Assembly: GCA_964291405.2 (NCBI GenBank)
Contig: OZ219926.1
Coordinates: 3,584,001-3,648,000 of the forward strand
Direction: 5' to 3'
DNA length: 64,000 bases
Source of the DNA: Thermodesulfobacteriota bacterium
GTDB taxonomy: Bacteria > Desulfobacterota > Binatia > Bin18
Positions 40,384 to 49,451 of the stretch are shown piece by piece. The notes beneath the pieces were generated by a model. It was not told the origin of the DNA, made no database searches, and worked only from the letters and a program-made list of their open reading frames with translations. Both the position numbers and the translations under genes were made by a program. Numbering within the stretch: the first letter of the stretch is position 1; the number at the start of each line of letters is the position of its first letter.

Positions 40384-41976
40384 ATGCAAACTGGAACCTT
40401 GCCTACCCCGATATCGCTGATTCTTGCGAGCGGCCTGCTCGTGCTGGCCGGTGTCTTTTCCGATGCACGCCCGGCCTTTGCGCAGGCGCAACTCGAATGT
40501 CCACTGCCCGCCGGCTTGACTCCGCCTGCGCCTCCACCTGTGACGGCGCAACAGGTGGAAGACGGCAGCGCTACCCTGATGGACTTCGCGCTGGCCGTAA
40601 GAGATCAGTTTGGCCATGGAACAACAACGACGCCGCAACGGACGTTATATGTTGGATGTCTTATCAGACAGGAGGGGAGTGTTTACCGTTCCGGCTCCAC
40701 CTACCTTATCCAACTGAGGCGCGACGGCAGGGTGTTCGTTCACGCGAAGGACATGTCATTGTCGGGCCGGCAACTCAGACCCGTAATTTATGGAGCGATC
40801 CTTCAGGCATTGGGAATCGACCCGGCCGTCCGGACCGACCCTGCTGCGGCCCTGGCCGCCTTCACTGATGCCACCACCGGGGATGGCGGCTCGTTCGACG
40901 TACCCGGTATCCCCGGCGCTTCCGGCCATGCCGCCGTCTATGTCTCGGCCAAATTCGGGAGTCCGGTCGTGCTCCTCGCGGGATTCGATCTCAATGAATC
41001 TCACCTGATTGAAGAAGAAATCGTTCACCTCGACCCGGCCGTTACGGCCAGGGATGTCGTGGACCGAGAAACCTTGAAGGCCTTCGTCACGCAAGCAGGG
41101 GAGTACATTCTCGCACTCGCACAGGAGCAGAATGGCGATATTTTGAAAGCAAAGAACGCCCTGCGGGATCCGAACGGGCCCTGGAGACACGGGCCCGTGT
41201 ACCTCAGCATCTTGAATCCTGCCACCAATCTCATCCTGTTTCACGGCGGGTTTCCGGACCGGCTCGAGCTGCGACGCGGAGGGATTTCCCGCGACATCGC
41301 GACCGGAGAACTCGTCGTGGATCAGCTCATCCGCGCGGCGGAAAGTGGCCCGGAAGGCGGCTTCTGGGAATATTACTTCGACAACCCCGCCGACGATGCC
41401 GACAGCGCCGACGTCCCCAAGGTGGGTTACGCCCGCGTGTTCTCCGGTTCATTCCGGAGAAGAGACGGAACCGAATTCCCAATTAACTTCATCATCAATT
41501 CGGGATTTTATGTGAGCCCAGCGGGCACAGGGGATCTGGTGGGGGTGCTGGAGAATCCGGGGCCGGACTCGTTTCAGAGTGGGGTGAGCGCGCTGTGGGG
41601 CTGGGTATGCGACGCCGCGATGGTGGAGATCGAGATCGAGACCGCGCAGGGGGAGGTCGAGCCGTACAGGGCGATGTATGGCATGGAGCGGTTGGATACG
41701 CAGGCTATCTGTGGAGACACGAATAATGGGTTTGTGTTGTTATTCAACTGGAACCGGTTGGGCGCGGGTGACCACATGGTCACCGCCTTGGTCGACGGGC
41801 TCGAACTGGGCCGGGCGATGGTGCGGGTGACGACCGTAGGCGAGGGGGATCAGGAGGAGTTTCTGCGCGGGGCGATGGGCGAATGTGTGGCGGAGGACTT
41901 CCCGCAGCTGGGGCAGAGTGCCTTATTGGAGTGGCAGCAGAATAGCCAAAACTTCGTCATTACGGATGTTCAGTAG
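40384..41976 (+). CDS. Secreted Cache-like domain protein with conserved C-terminal module (copy 2)
   Basis: MQTGTLPTPISLILASGLLVLAG...AFA; same architecture as copy 1. Confidence 0.8.
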   Translation: MQTGTLPTPISLILASGLLVLAGVFSDARPAFAQAQLECPLPAGLTPPAPPPVTAQQVEDGSATLMDFALAVRDQFGHGTTTTPQRTLYVGCLIRQEGSVYRSGSTYLIQLRRDGRVFVHAKDMSLSGRQLRPVIYGAILQALGIDPAVRTDPAAALAAFTDATTGDGGSFDVPGIPGASGHAAVYVSAKFGSPVVLLAGFDLNESHLIEEEIVHLDPAVTARDVVDRETLKAFVTQAGEYILALAQEQNGDILKAKNALRDPNGPWRHGPVYLSILNPATNLILFHGGFPDRLELRRGGISRDIATGELVVDQLIRAAESGPEGGFWEYYFDNPADDADSADVPKVGYARVFSGSFRRRDGTEFPINFIINSGFYVSPAGTGDLVGVLENPGPDSFQSGVSALWGWVCDAAMVEIEIETAQGEVEPYRAMYGMERLDTQAICGDTNNGFVLLFNWNRLGAGDHMVTALVDGLELGRAMVRVTTVGEGDQEEFLRGAMGECVAEDFPQLGQSALLEWQQNSQNFVITDVQ

Positions 41977-42081
41977 GGGCGCCACATGCATTGCCCCTCC
42001 TTATTATTCTGAAACAGCGGCCTCGCCTGGTCGGCGCGACTGTGTCCGTTCAAGACCACGGCCGAGAGCCTGCGGTCACAG
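41486..42081 (+). repeat. 596-bp direct repeat, copy 2
   Basis: Identical to 39620-40215. Confidence 0.92.
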
Positions 42082-42144
42082 ATGCCGAACGGCCATTCGC
42101 GCCCGTGTGAGTGTCACGTACGGGAGCCGAGAGAGGACCCGAAG

Positions 42145-43749
42145 ATGCAAACTGGAACCTTGCCTACCCCGATATCGCTGATTCTTGCGAGCGGCCTGCT
42201 CGTGCTGGCCGGCGTCTTTTCCGATGCACGCCCGGCCTTTGCGCAGGCGCAACTCGAATGTCCACTGCCTGCCGGGGTGACTCCGCCTGCGCCTCCACCT
42301 GTGACGGCGCAACAGGTGGAAGACGGCAGCGGCAGCCTGATGGACTTCGCACTGGCCGTGAGAGACATCTTTGTGAACGAGTCGCAGCAGGGCATTCCGA
42401 CCCTCAAGCAGTTAGCCTACGTTGGATGTCTTTTCAGGCAGGAGGGGGGTCCGTGGCGTTCCGGTTCCACCTACGTCGTGAGACTGGCGCCCAGCGACAG
42501 GGTGTTCATTCACGCGAAGGACATGGCATTGTCCGGCAGGCAAATCAACCCCGTGATTTATGAAGCGATCCTGCACGCATTGGGAATTGATCCGGCCGAC
42601 CTGACCAGCCCGGCGGCGGCCAGGACCGCCTTCGCTGCTGCCGCCACCAGGAATGGCGGTGAATTCAACGTCCCTGATATCCCGGGTGCCTCCGGCTATG
42701 CCATCGGCTTTCTCTCGGGCATCTCGGGGACACCTGTCGTGATGCTTGTCGGATTTGATCTTGACTCGTCTCACTTGTCCGCAGAGGAAATTGAGCATAT
42801 CGAACCGGCCGTTACGGCCAGGGATGTGGTGGATCGGGCAACCTTGAAGGCCTTCGTCACGGCAGCGGGGGAATACTTCGTCGGACTCCTTTCGTCCGGC
42901 GATCTGACCGCGGTCTCGCAAGCCAGGTTCATCCTGCGTGATCCGAACGGACCGTGGAGACATGGGTCCGTCTACGTCGCCATCATGGAACGTGTCAGCA
43001 GGATCATCACGCTTCACGGAGGGTTCCCGGATCGGTTCGAGTTTCGACGCGGAGGGATTGCCACCGACATCGCGACCGGAGAACTCGTCGTGGAGCAGCT
43101 CATCCGCGCGGCGGAAAGTGGCCCGGACGGCGGCTTCTGGGAGTATTACTTCGACAATCCCGCCGACGATGCCGACAGCGCCGACGTCCCCAAGGTGGGT
43201 TACGCCCGCGTGTTCACCGCTCACATCCCGAGGCCGGACGGCAGCATCATCTCGATCGACTACATCGTCAATTCGGGATTTTATGTGAGCCCAGCGGGCA
43301 CAGGGGATCTGGTGGGGGTGCTGGAGAATCCGGGGCCGGACTCGTTTCAGAGTGGGGTGAGCGCGCTGTGGGGCTGGGTATGCGACGCCGCGATGGTGGA
43401 GATCGAGATCGAGACCGCGCAGGGGGAGGTCGAGCCGTACAGGGCGATGTATGGCATGGAGCGGTTGGATACGCAGGATATCTGTGGAGACACGAATAAT
43501 GGGTTTGTGTTGTTATTCAACTGGAACCGGTTGGGCGCGGGTGACCACATGGTCACCGCCTTGGTCGACGGGCTCGAACTGGGCCGGGCGATGGTGCGGG
43601 TGACGACCGTAGGCGAGGGGGATCAGGAGGAGTTTCTGCGCGGGGCGATGGGCGAATGTGTGGCGGAGGACTTCCCGCAGCTGGGGCAGAGTGCCTTATT
43701 GGAGTGGCAGCAGAATAGCCAAAACTTCGTCATTACGAACGTGGAGTGA
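42145..43749 (+). CDS. Secreted Cache-like domain protein with conserved C-terminal module (copy 3)
   Basis: Same architecture; leader nearly identical to copy 2. Confidence 0.8.
   Translation: MQTGTLPTPISLILASGLLVLAGVFSDARPAFAQAQLECPLPAGVTPPAPPPVTAQQVEDGSGSLMDFALAVRDIFVNESQQGIPTLKQLAYVGCLFRQEGGPWRSGSTYVVRLAPSDRVFIHAKDMALSGRQINPVIYEAILHALGIDPADLTSPAAARTAFAAAATRNGGEFNVPDIPGASGYAIGFLSGISGTPVVMLVGFDLDSSHLSAEEIEHIEPAVTARDVVDRATLKAFVTAAGEYFVGLLSSGDLTAVSQARFILRDPNGPWRHGSVYVAIMERVSRIITLHGGFPDRFEFRRGGIATDIATGELVVEQLIRAAESGPDGGFWEYYFDNPADDADSADVPKVGYARVFTAHIPRPDGSIISIDYIVNSGFYVSPAGTGDLVGVLENPGPDSFQSGVSALWGWVCDAAMVEIEIETAQGEVEPYRAMYGMERLDTQDICGDTNNGFVLLFNWNRLGAGDHMVTALVDGLELGRAMVRVTTVGEGDQEEFLRGAMGECVAEDFPQLGQSALLEWQQNSQNFVITNVE
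43268..43737 (+). repeat. 470-bp constant module, copy 3
   Basis: One mismatch to 39629-40098 (QAI to QDI). Confidence 0.9.
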
Positions 43750-43854
43750 GTGAACAGCGGGGCTTTTTGCGGGCACGAAGCCCACCCACTCCCAGACAGG
43801 AGGCTGATAGTTCCACCGATCCGCCGAGAGCCAAAACCTGTCAGTTTCCCAGGG

Positions 43855-44613
43855 TTACGCCGCGACCGCTCCGCCATCCACGGCCATGGCGTGGCCGGTG
43901 ACAAACGAGGCTGCGTCCGAGCACAACCACACCACGGCCTCGGCGATTTCTTCCGGCTGCCCGGTACGACCAATGGGTTCCGCGGCAATCATTTTATCGA
44001 GGACATCCGGTCGGTTGCCTGAGACTCGATCAACCATGGCTGTCTTGATAACCCCTGGACAGACCGCGTTGATCCGAATACCGGATTTGGCGTATTCAAG
44101 CGCCGCGGTTTTCGTCAGCCCAACCACACCGTGCTTGCTGGCCACATAGGCAGCCATGCGCTTCACGCCGATGAGGCCCGCACCGGAGGCCGTGTTGACA
44201 ATGGCTCCAACCCCTTGCTGGAGCATGTGCGGGATCTCATACTTCATGCACAGCCAGACACCGGTCAGATTAATCTGAATGACCGGGGCCCAGTCCTCTT
44301 CGGCCTGCTCGGCCGTCCTTTTGAGTACACCCTCGATGCCGGCGTTATTATGGGCGTAGTCGAGCCTGCCGTAGGTCTCGACGGTTTTTTCGACCATGGC
44401 CGCTACGGAGGCGGCCTCGCCCATATCGGCCTCAATGAAACACGCTCCCCCACCGGCCCCTGCGATGAGGGATACCGTTTCTTGTCCGCCGACGATATTG
44501 AGATCGGCAACCGCGACTTTGGCGCCGTCACGGGCGAAGGCCAGGGCGGTTGCCCGGCCAATGCCCGAACTACCTCCGGTAACGAGGGCGACTTTACCTG
44601 TCATATCTGTCAT
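43855..44613 (-). CDS. Short-chain dehydrogenase/reductase (paralog 3)
   Basis: TGGSSGIG, NNAG, YVASK; similar to paralogs 1 and 2. Confidence 0.95.
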   Translation of the reverse strand: MTDMTGKVALVTGGSSGIGRATALAFARDGAKVAVADLNIVGGQETVSLIAGAGGGACFIEADMGEAASVAAMVEKTVETYGRLDYAHNNAGIEGVLKRTAEQAEEDWAPVIQINLTGVWLCMKYEIPHMLQQGVGAIVNTASGAGLIGVKRMAAYVASKHGVVGLTKTAALEYAKSGIRINAVCPGVIKTAMVDRVSGNRPDVLDKMIAAEPIGRTGQPEEIAEAVVWLCSDAASFVTGHAMAVDGGAVAA

Positions 44614-44643
44614 GCCGTGCGCTCCTTAATTTTTGCTGGCGAG

Positions 44644-44727
44644 ATTATCCTGCGAAACGACAGGCGTGTCAAAGCGTCCCGTGGAAGGACGGGCGCAGCT
44701 TGACACGGCTTTCGGTTACGCTAGGGT
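44644..44727. promoter_or_regulatory. Divergent sigma70-type promoters
   Basis: Minus strand TTGACA(44672-44667)-N17-GATAAT; plus strand TTGACA(44700)-N16-TAGGGT. Confidence 0.45.
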
Positions 44728-44773
44728 GCGGCTGAAGTTGACGCAGCGTCGTGTGTGAAAAAGGAGGGGAACA

Positions 44774-45958
44774 ATGGGCAAGAGTCATCGCCTCATTGAT
44801 AGTGACTCCCATATCCTGGAGCCGCCGGATCTGTTTGAAAAATATCTCGAACCCAAGTTTCGCTCACACATGCCGCAGGCGTGGGTTGACTATCAGGGCG
44901 ACCCGCTCGGCTTTGGCATTTCCGTGACTGTTCCATCGGCCCACGACAAAGAATACGTCATGCCCTTTGGGAGTGATCCCGTCCGAGAGGGCCGGCCCGC
45001 TTTTGGTGATGCCGGTACCCGTATCGTTCTGCCGGAGCATGACGAAGCCTATGCGAGCTTTGCGCGTGAGGGTTTCCCGCCCGAGCACTACGACCTGGCC
45101 CTGGAGCGGGCGGGCATTGATTATATGGTCCTGTATCCGACGGCTGGCCTGTACATGACGGCGGTGCCGGAACTCGAAACGGACACTGCGGCGGCCTATC
45201 GCCGAGCGTATAATAACTGGCTGCATGACTTTTGTTCCGCGGCCGGCAAGCGAGTGGTCGGGGTCGCTTCGGTGGACTTGCGAGACCCCTTTGAGGCGGC
45301 AAAAGAGGCCCGCCGTTGTGTCAAAGAGTTCGACTTCAAGGCGGTGCACATCAACCCGACCCCGGTCGGAAAACATCGTTTATACGACGAATTTTACGAT
45401 CCGCTGTGGACCGCCCTGGAAGACCTCGATGTCCCGCTGGGCATCCATGTCGCCGCCGGCAACGCCGCGGACGAGATGCTGTATTACTACTTGCCCGAAC
45501 TCCGTGTTGCGCAAGGCACGGTGGCGTTCACCATTGGCAATATGCTGGCCAGCACGGCGCTGATTATGGGAGGCGTATTGGAGCGTCATCCCAGGCTGCG
45601 GGTGGTCCATCTTGAGTCAGGCGCGGGCTGGGTGGCCTTTTGGCTGGACCGTCTCGGGGCCGGCGTCCAGGGCGGCTTTCGAGGGCTGGCCATTGACGGG
45701 CTGAGCATGGCACCGCTCGATTACTTCCAGCGCCAGTGCTATATCGCCGCCGACCAGGATGACCCCGGTATCGTCCAGGTGATCGCCACTCTGGGCGACG
45801 ACAATATCGTTACCGCCACTGATTTCGGCCATCCCGAAGGCCGCCTGTATGCGCGGGCGACCGAGGAGTTGCTCGGTCTGCCCGATGTCTCAGACGAGAG
45901 CAAGCACAAGATCATGTGGGATAACGCGCTCAAACTGTATCCGATTCAGCCGGAGTAG
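44774..45958 (+). CDS. Amidohydrolase_2 family protein
   Basis: IDSDSHILEP, LYPT, GIH, LESGAGW, TDFGHPE. Confidence 0.9.
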   Translation: MGKSHRLIDSDSHILEPPDLFEKYLEPKFRSHMPQAWVDYQGDPLGFGISVTVPSAHDKEYVMPFGSDPVREGRPAFGDAGTRIVLPEHDEAYASFAREGFPPEHYDLALERAGIDYMVLYPTAGLYMTAVPELETDTAAAYRRAYNNWLHDFCSAAGKRVVGVASVDLRDPFEAAKEARRCVKEFDFKAVHINPTPVGKHRLYDEFYDPLWTALEDLDVPLGIHVAAGNAADEMLYYYLPELRVAQGTVAFTIGNMLASTALIMGGVLERHPRLRVVHLESGAGWVAFWLDRLGAGVQGGFRGLAIDGLSMAPLDYFQRQCYIAADQDDPGIVQVIATLGDDNIVTATDFGHPEGRLYARATEELLGLPDVSDESKHKIMWDNALKLYPIQPE

Positions 45959-45973
45959 GGAGGGAGGAGCACA

Positions 45974-46321
45974 GTGGGACTCTATCGCCTGTACACCGGG
46001 GACGACGGCCAGTCGCATTTCGAAGACCAGAGCCTGGCCTCGCATCCAGGCCTGACCGAGCCGCAGGCCACGTCACATATCTCTTTTGTCGAAGTACCGG
46101 TCGGGACCTTTATGGACTGGCATCCTGCGCCGCGCCGGCAGTACGTGATTATTCTCTCCGGTCAACTGGAAATCGGCTTAGGCGACGGCACCACCCGGCG
46201 CTTCGGTCCCGGCGATGCCCGCCTGGTTGAAGACACGACCGGTCAGGGTCATACCACTCGAGTGGTGAGTGACGAGCCGGTGGTGATGGGTATCATTCCG
46301 TTGGCCTCCTTGGCCGAGTAA
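45974..46321 (+). CDS. Cupin domain protein
   Basis: DWHPAPRRQYVIILSG, EDTTGQGH; GTG start after GGAGG. Confidence 0.85.
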   Translation: MGLYRLYTGDDGQSHFEDQSLASHPGLTEPQATSHISFVEVPVGTFMDWHPAPRRQYVIILSGQLEIGLGDGTTRRFGPGDARLVEDTTGQGHTTRVVSDEPVVMGIIPLASLAE

Positions 46322-46337
46322 ATGGTTTGATTTGACC

Positions 46338-46365
46338 GCAGGGGTCATTCATGAATGACCCCTAC
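46338..46365. repeat. Palindromic REP-like element between convergent genes
   Basis: Perfect palindrome AGGGGTCATTCATGAATGACCCCT; GTAG end on the minus strand. Confidence 0.7.
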
Positions 46366-46386
46366 CGATAGTTGAGACGGGTGAAA

Positions 46387-46920
46387 TCAGGAGCCCGCTC
46401 GCCCCGTCACTTTTTCAACCATCTGACCGAACACGGCCTCGGCCCGTCCGTGGACCTCTTCCGGTGTGAGCGGTTGGATGGGATGCTCCACCAGGATGAC
46501 CTTGAAGTCCGGCATGCCGAGCGCCCTGGCCTGCGCAAGGGCGGCATTGGAAAACTCGGTCGTGGCAAACACCGCAGAGGGGATACCGGCTTTTTCAAAA
46601 AAGATGCCGTCGTGCACACTGCACGTTGTACACGACCCTCAATCGGCCAGGGCTTCTATCAGAAAATCGCACTTTTGGGCCAGTTCCTGACGAATGTCCT
46701 CCGGTGCCGGACGGGCGAACGTGGGCTTCATGCGCCGGATGACTGCGCGCGGCTGAAAGTGCGCGGTCAACATTGCTTCCACGCGGTCCAGGAAAAAATT
46801 GCCCTTGGCCTTGCTGATGTCGAGCAGGCCAACAGTCTTGTCGCGCAAGTCCGGTAAACGGGCCGCGAGCGCCGCGGCGGCCTGCTTCGGGGCTGCGGTC
46901 GGGTCATAGAGTTTTGACAT
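46387..46920 (-). CDS. UGSC-family selenoprotein (Sec at TGA 46641-46639), 177 aa
   Basis: ORFs 46639-46920 and 46387-46617 are in one frame and join as ALAD-U-GSCTTCSVHD; hairpin directly 3' of the UGA. Confidence 0.88.
46609..46636 (-). promoter_or_regulatory. Candidate bacterial SECIS hairpin
   Basis: mRNA UGA-GG-GUCGUGUAC-AACGUGCAGU-GUGCACGAC; 9-bp stem with one G.U pair. Confidence 0.6.
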
Positions 46921-46942
46921 GTGGTTCTCCTCTTGAGGGCGT

Positions 46943-48001
46943 TTATGTCTCTATAGGTACGGTCACCAGATCACTCCGCCCGGCGCCGCCCCCCCAGCCG
47001 CACATATGCACGGAAAAGCGTCCGGCCGTCCCGCCGGCCACGACAATAATAATGCCGTCCGGCGAGGACACTTTCGGGATCAGGCTGAAGTCGTCTGCGG
47101 CGTTTAGCCAGCCGGGCAGGTTGGCTCGGTTCACGCCTTCACTGCCGTCCGGTCCGGGGAGGAGTTCGTGCAACGGCCGCCGGACGTTCTCGTACAAATA
47201 TCGCTTGACGTCCTGTTTGTTCATGCCGTCCGCGGCAATGCTGTTGGCGTGTTCGGGACCCAGCACGACAATATAGTTGCCGGCCAGATAGGTCTTATCG
47301 CTCCAGCCGACGGCCATGCTGGCCCCGAGGGTGTCCAGAATGCCACGTGCCGTACGGCTGCCGTGGTTGCTCACACACTGCGGAGCGTCGCAGCAATAGA
47401 CGCTGATAGTGCTCTGCTCCGGCTCGTAGCCGTGCTCAACGTGGAGGGGGTCCCACGGGTTCTGTTCTTCGTACTCGCCTATGCAATAGGTGTACTTGCC
47501 GGGATGGCCCATGGTTGATTTATCGATCTCGCCCGGATGCGCCCCGCCGATATTAATCATGATCAGGCGCAGCGCCCGACCGATGGTCGCATTGGCCCGC
47601 CAGCCCGAACCAAACACGCCGGCCGCACAGTTCATATCAAGCTGCTGGCGGATTGGGCCGTTGACGATAAACAGCGGCGTGGCCGTGTGGGTGGTGCCCT
47701 GCACACCGTGCAGATTGGCCCGTTCGTCGCACATGGCCCGCACGCCAGCAATCACGACCGGCAGGAATGCCGGCTTGCAGCCGGCCATGACCGCATTCAC
47801 GGCGATCTTCTCGACCGAGGCTTCACCAAAATTGGGCGGCACGAGTGCAACCATTTCGTCCGCGGCCTGTGAGGTGGCGGCCAGCATGAGTTGCATGCGT
47901 TCTTCCGTTGGAGGGACAACGGGCAGCCCGTCGGTAACGCCCTGCTCGAAGTAGTATTCGATGGCGTCGAGTTCCGCGTCCAGGGGCGTGTCGTGTGACA
48001 T
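46943..48001 (-). CDS. Uncharacterised UGSC-associated protein (TDGLPVVPPT motif)
   Basis: TDGLPVVPPT, EKIAVNAVMAGC.P, RANATIGRALRL; directly upstream of the selenoprotein. Confidence 0.8.
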   Translation of the reverse strand: MSHDTPLDAELDAIEYYFEQGVTDGLPVVPPTEERMQLMLAATSQAADEMVALVPPNFGEASVEKIAVNAVMAGCKPAFLPVVIAGVRAMCDERANLHGVQGTTHTATPLFIVNGPIRQQLDMNCAAGVFGSGWRANATIGRALRLIMINIGGAHPGEIDKSTMGHPGKYTYCIGEYEEQNPWDPLHVEHGYEPEQSTISVYCCDAPQCVSNHGSRTARGILDTLGASMAVGWSDKTYLAGNYIVVLGPEHANSIAADGMNKQDVKRYLYENVRRPLHELLPGPDGSEGVNRANLPGWLNAADDFSLIPKVSSPDGIIIVVAGGTAGRFSVHMCGWGGGAGRSDLVTVPIET

Positions 48002-48102
48002 GGTGCTCTGTTATTTCTCTTGGGCTTTCCGTCCGAATCAGCTATACCCCAACCAGGTGGCTGATTCAAACAGCACACGCTCAGCAAACAAGGAGACGGA
48101 GC

Positions 48103-49161
48103 ATGGCCAGCGTATTCAACGACTACTACTCGCACGAGAACCACGGCCCGTTTGAGCTGTTCGATCTCGGCAATTTTTCCCTGGAAGAAGGCGGAACCCT
48201 GCACGACGGCAAGCTCGCCTATACCACCCAGGGAACGCTGAGCGCCCAAAAGGACAATGCCATCCTCATGCCGACCTGGTACTCGGGAACCAGCAAGATC
48301 ATGGCTGACGTCCATGTGGGCAAAGGCCGGGCCATCGACCCGGACAAATACTTCGTCATTATCGCCAACCAACTCGGCAACGGTCTGTCAAGTTCGCCGT
48401 CCAATACGCCCGCTCCGTTCAATATGGCGCGTTTCCCGCACATTCGGATCGGCGACGATGTCCGCGCCCAGCATAAGCTGCTGACCGAACAGTTTGGTAT
48501 TGAACGCCTGGAACTGGTGTGTGGCGGCTCCATGGGTGCCCAACAGACCTATGAGTGGGCGGTGCGCTATCCTGACATGGTAAAGCGCGCGGCCCCGCTG
48601 GCCGGCACGGCCAAGAATACACCGCACGACTTTCTGTACGTTGAGACCCTAAACGAGGCCATCACCTCGGACCCGGCCTGGAATAACGGCTGGTATACCG
48701 ACCCGCACGCGGTCCAGGTCGGACTGCGTCGCCAGGCCCGCCTGTGGTCAGTGATGGGCTTCTGTACCGAGCTGTTCAAGCAGGAACCCTGGCGGGAGTT
48801 GGGCTTCTCTTCCACCGAAGACTTTGTGGTCGGTTTTGTTGAAAACTATTTTCTGCCCATGGACCCGAATAACCTGCTGTGCATGGCCTGGAAATGGCAG
48901 CGGGGAGATGTCAGCCGGCATACCGGTGGCGATCTCAAACAGGCGCTTGAGCGGATTCGGGCAAAAGTGTTTGTCATGCCGATTGACGAAGACATGTTTT
49001 TCCCGCCGCGTGACTGTGAGGCCGAACAGCAACTCATTCCGAACAGCGAATTCCGGGTGCTTCATAGCATCTACGGCCACCTCGGGCTGTTTGGCATCGA
49101 GCCGGACTATCTGAAACAGATCGACCGGCACCTGAGCGAGCTGCTGACGATACCGGTCTAA
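48103..49161 (+). CDS. Alpha/beta hydrolase, homoserine O-acetyltransferase-like
   Basis: GNGLSSSPSN, GGSMGAQQ, D..FP, GH triad; AGGAG RBS. Confidence 0.88.
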   Translation: MASVFNDYYSHENHGPFELFDLGNFSLEEGGTLHDGKLAYTTQGTLSAQKDNAILMPTWYSGTSKIMADVHVGKGRAIDPDKYFVIIANQLGNGLSSSPSNTPAPFNMARFPHIRIGDDVRAQHKLLTEQFGIERLELVCGGSMGAQQTYEWAVRYPDMVKRAAPLAGTAKNTPHDFLYVETLNEAITSDPAWNNGWYTDPHAVQVGLRRQARLWSVMGFCTELFKQEPWRELGFSSTEDFVVGFVENYFLPMDPNNLLCMAWKWQRGDVSRHTGGDLKQALERIRAKVFVMPIDEDMFFPPRDCEAEQQLIPNSEFRVLHSIYGHLGLFGIEPDYLKQIDRHLSELLTIPV

Positions 49162-49201
49162 CAAATTGCGATACGTACCCCTGGAGATTGACGAGGAAAC
49201 C

Positions 49202-49420
49202 ATGACTGAGTTTGAAACAGCAACGATTGCTTTGCAACACGCTTCACTCCAGGCCATGTATGTCCAGGCTGGGATAGCTGGACTGGTGGGCTTGATCCAA
49301 TGCGGCTTGATTGCCTGGGGCTTGCGGTTAATACGCCAGAGCGCACGCAATCGTGACCAGCAGCATGAGGCAAACATGCTGGCCTTGCGGACGCTAATCG
49401 AGCGGACGGCCCAGCGGTGA
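49202..49420 (+). CDS. Small single-TM hypothetical protein
   Basis: GAGGA RBS; hydrophobic AGIAGLVGLIQCGLIAWGL followed by a helical tail. Confidence 0.6.
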   Translation: MTEFETATIALQHASLQAMYVQAGIAGLVGLIQCGLIAWGLRLIRQSARNRDQQHEANMLALRTLIERTAQR

Positions 49421-49451
49421 CGAAAACCAGGGTGGCGGTTCTAGTGACCGT

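Noticed and set aside
38413-43749. DGR targets or chemoreceptors
   Set aside because: The repeats are identical rather than A-mutated; there are no TM, HAMP or MCP signalling domains
46387-46920. Nonsense pseudogene or two separate small genes
   Set aside because: The stop is TGA exactly at the U position of UGSC and is followed by a hairpin, so Sec recoding is more parsimonious
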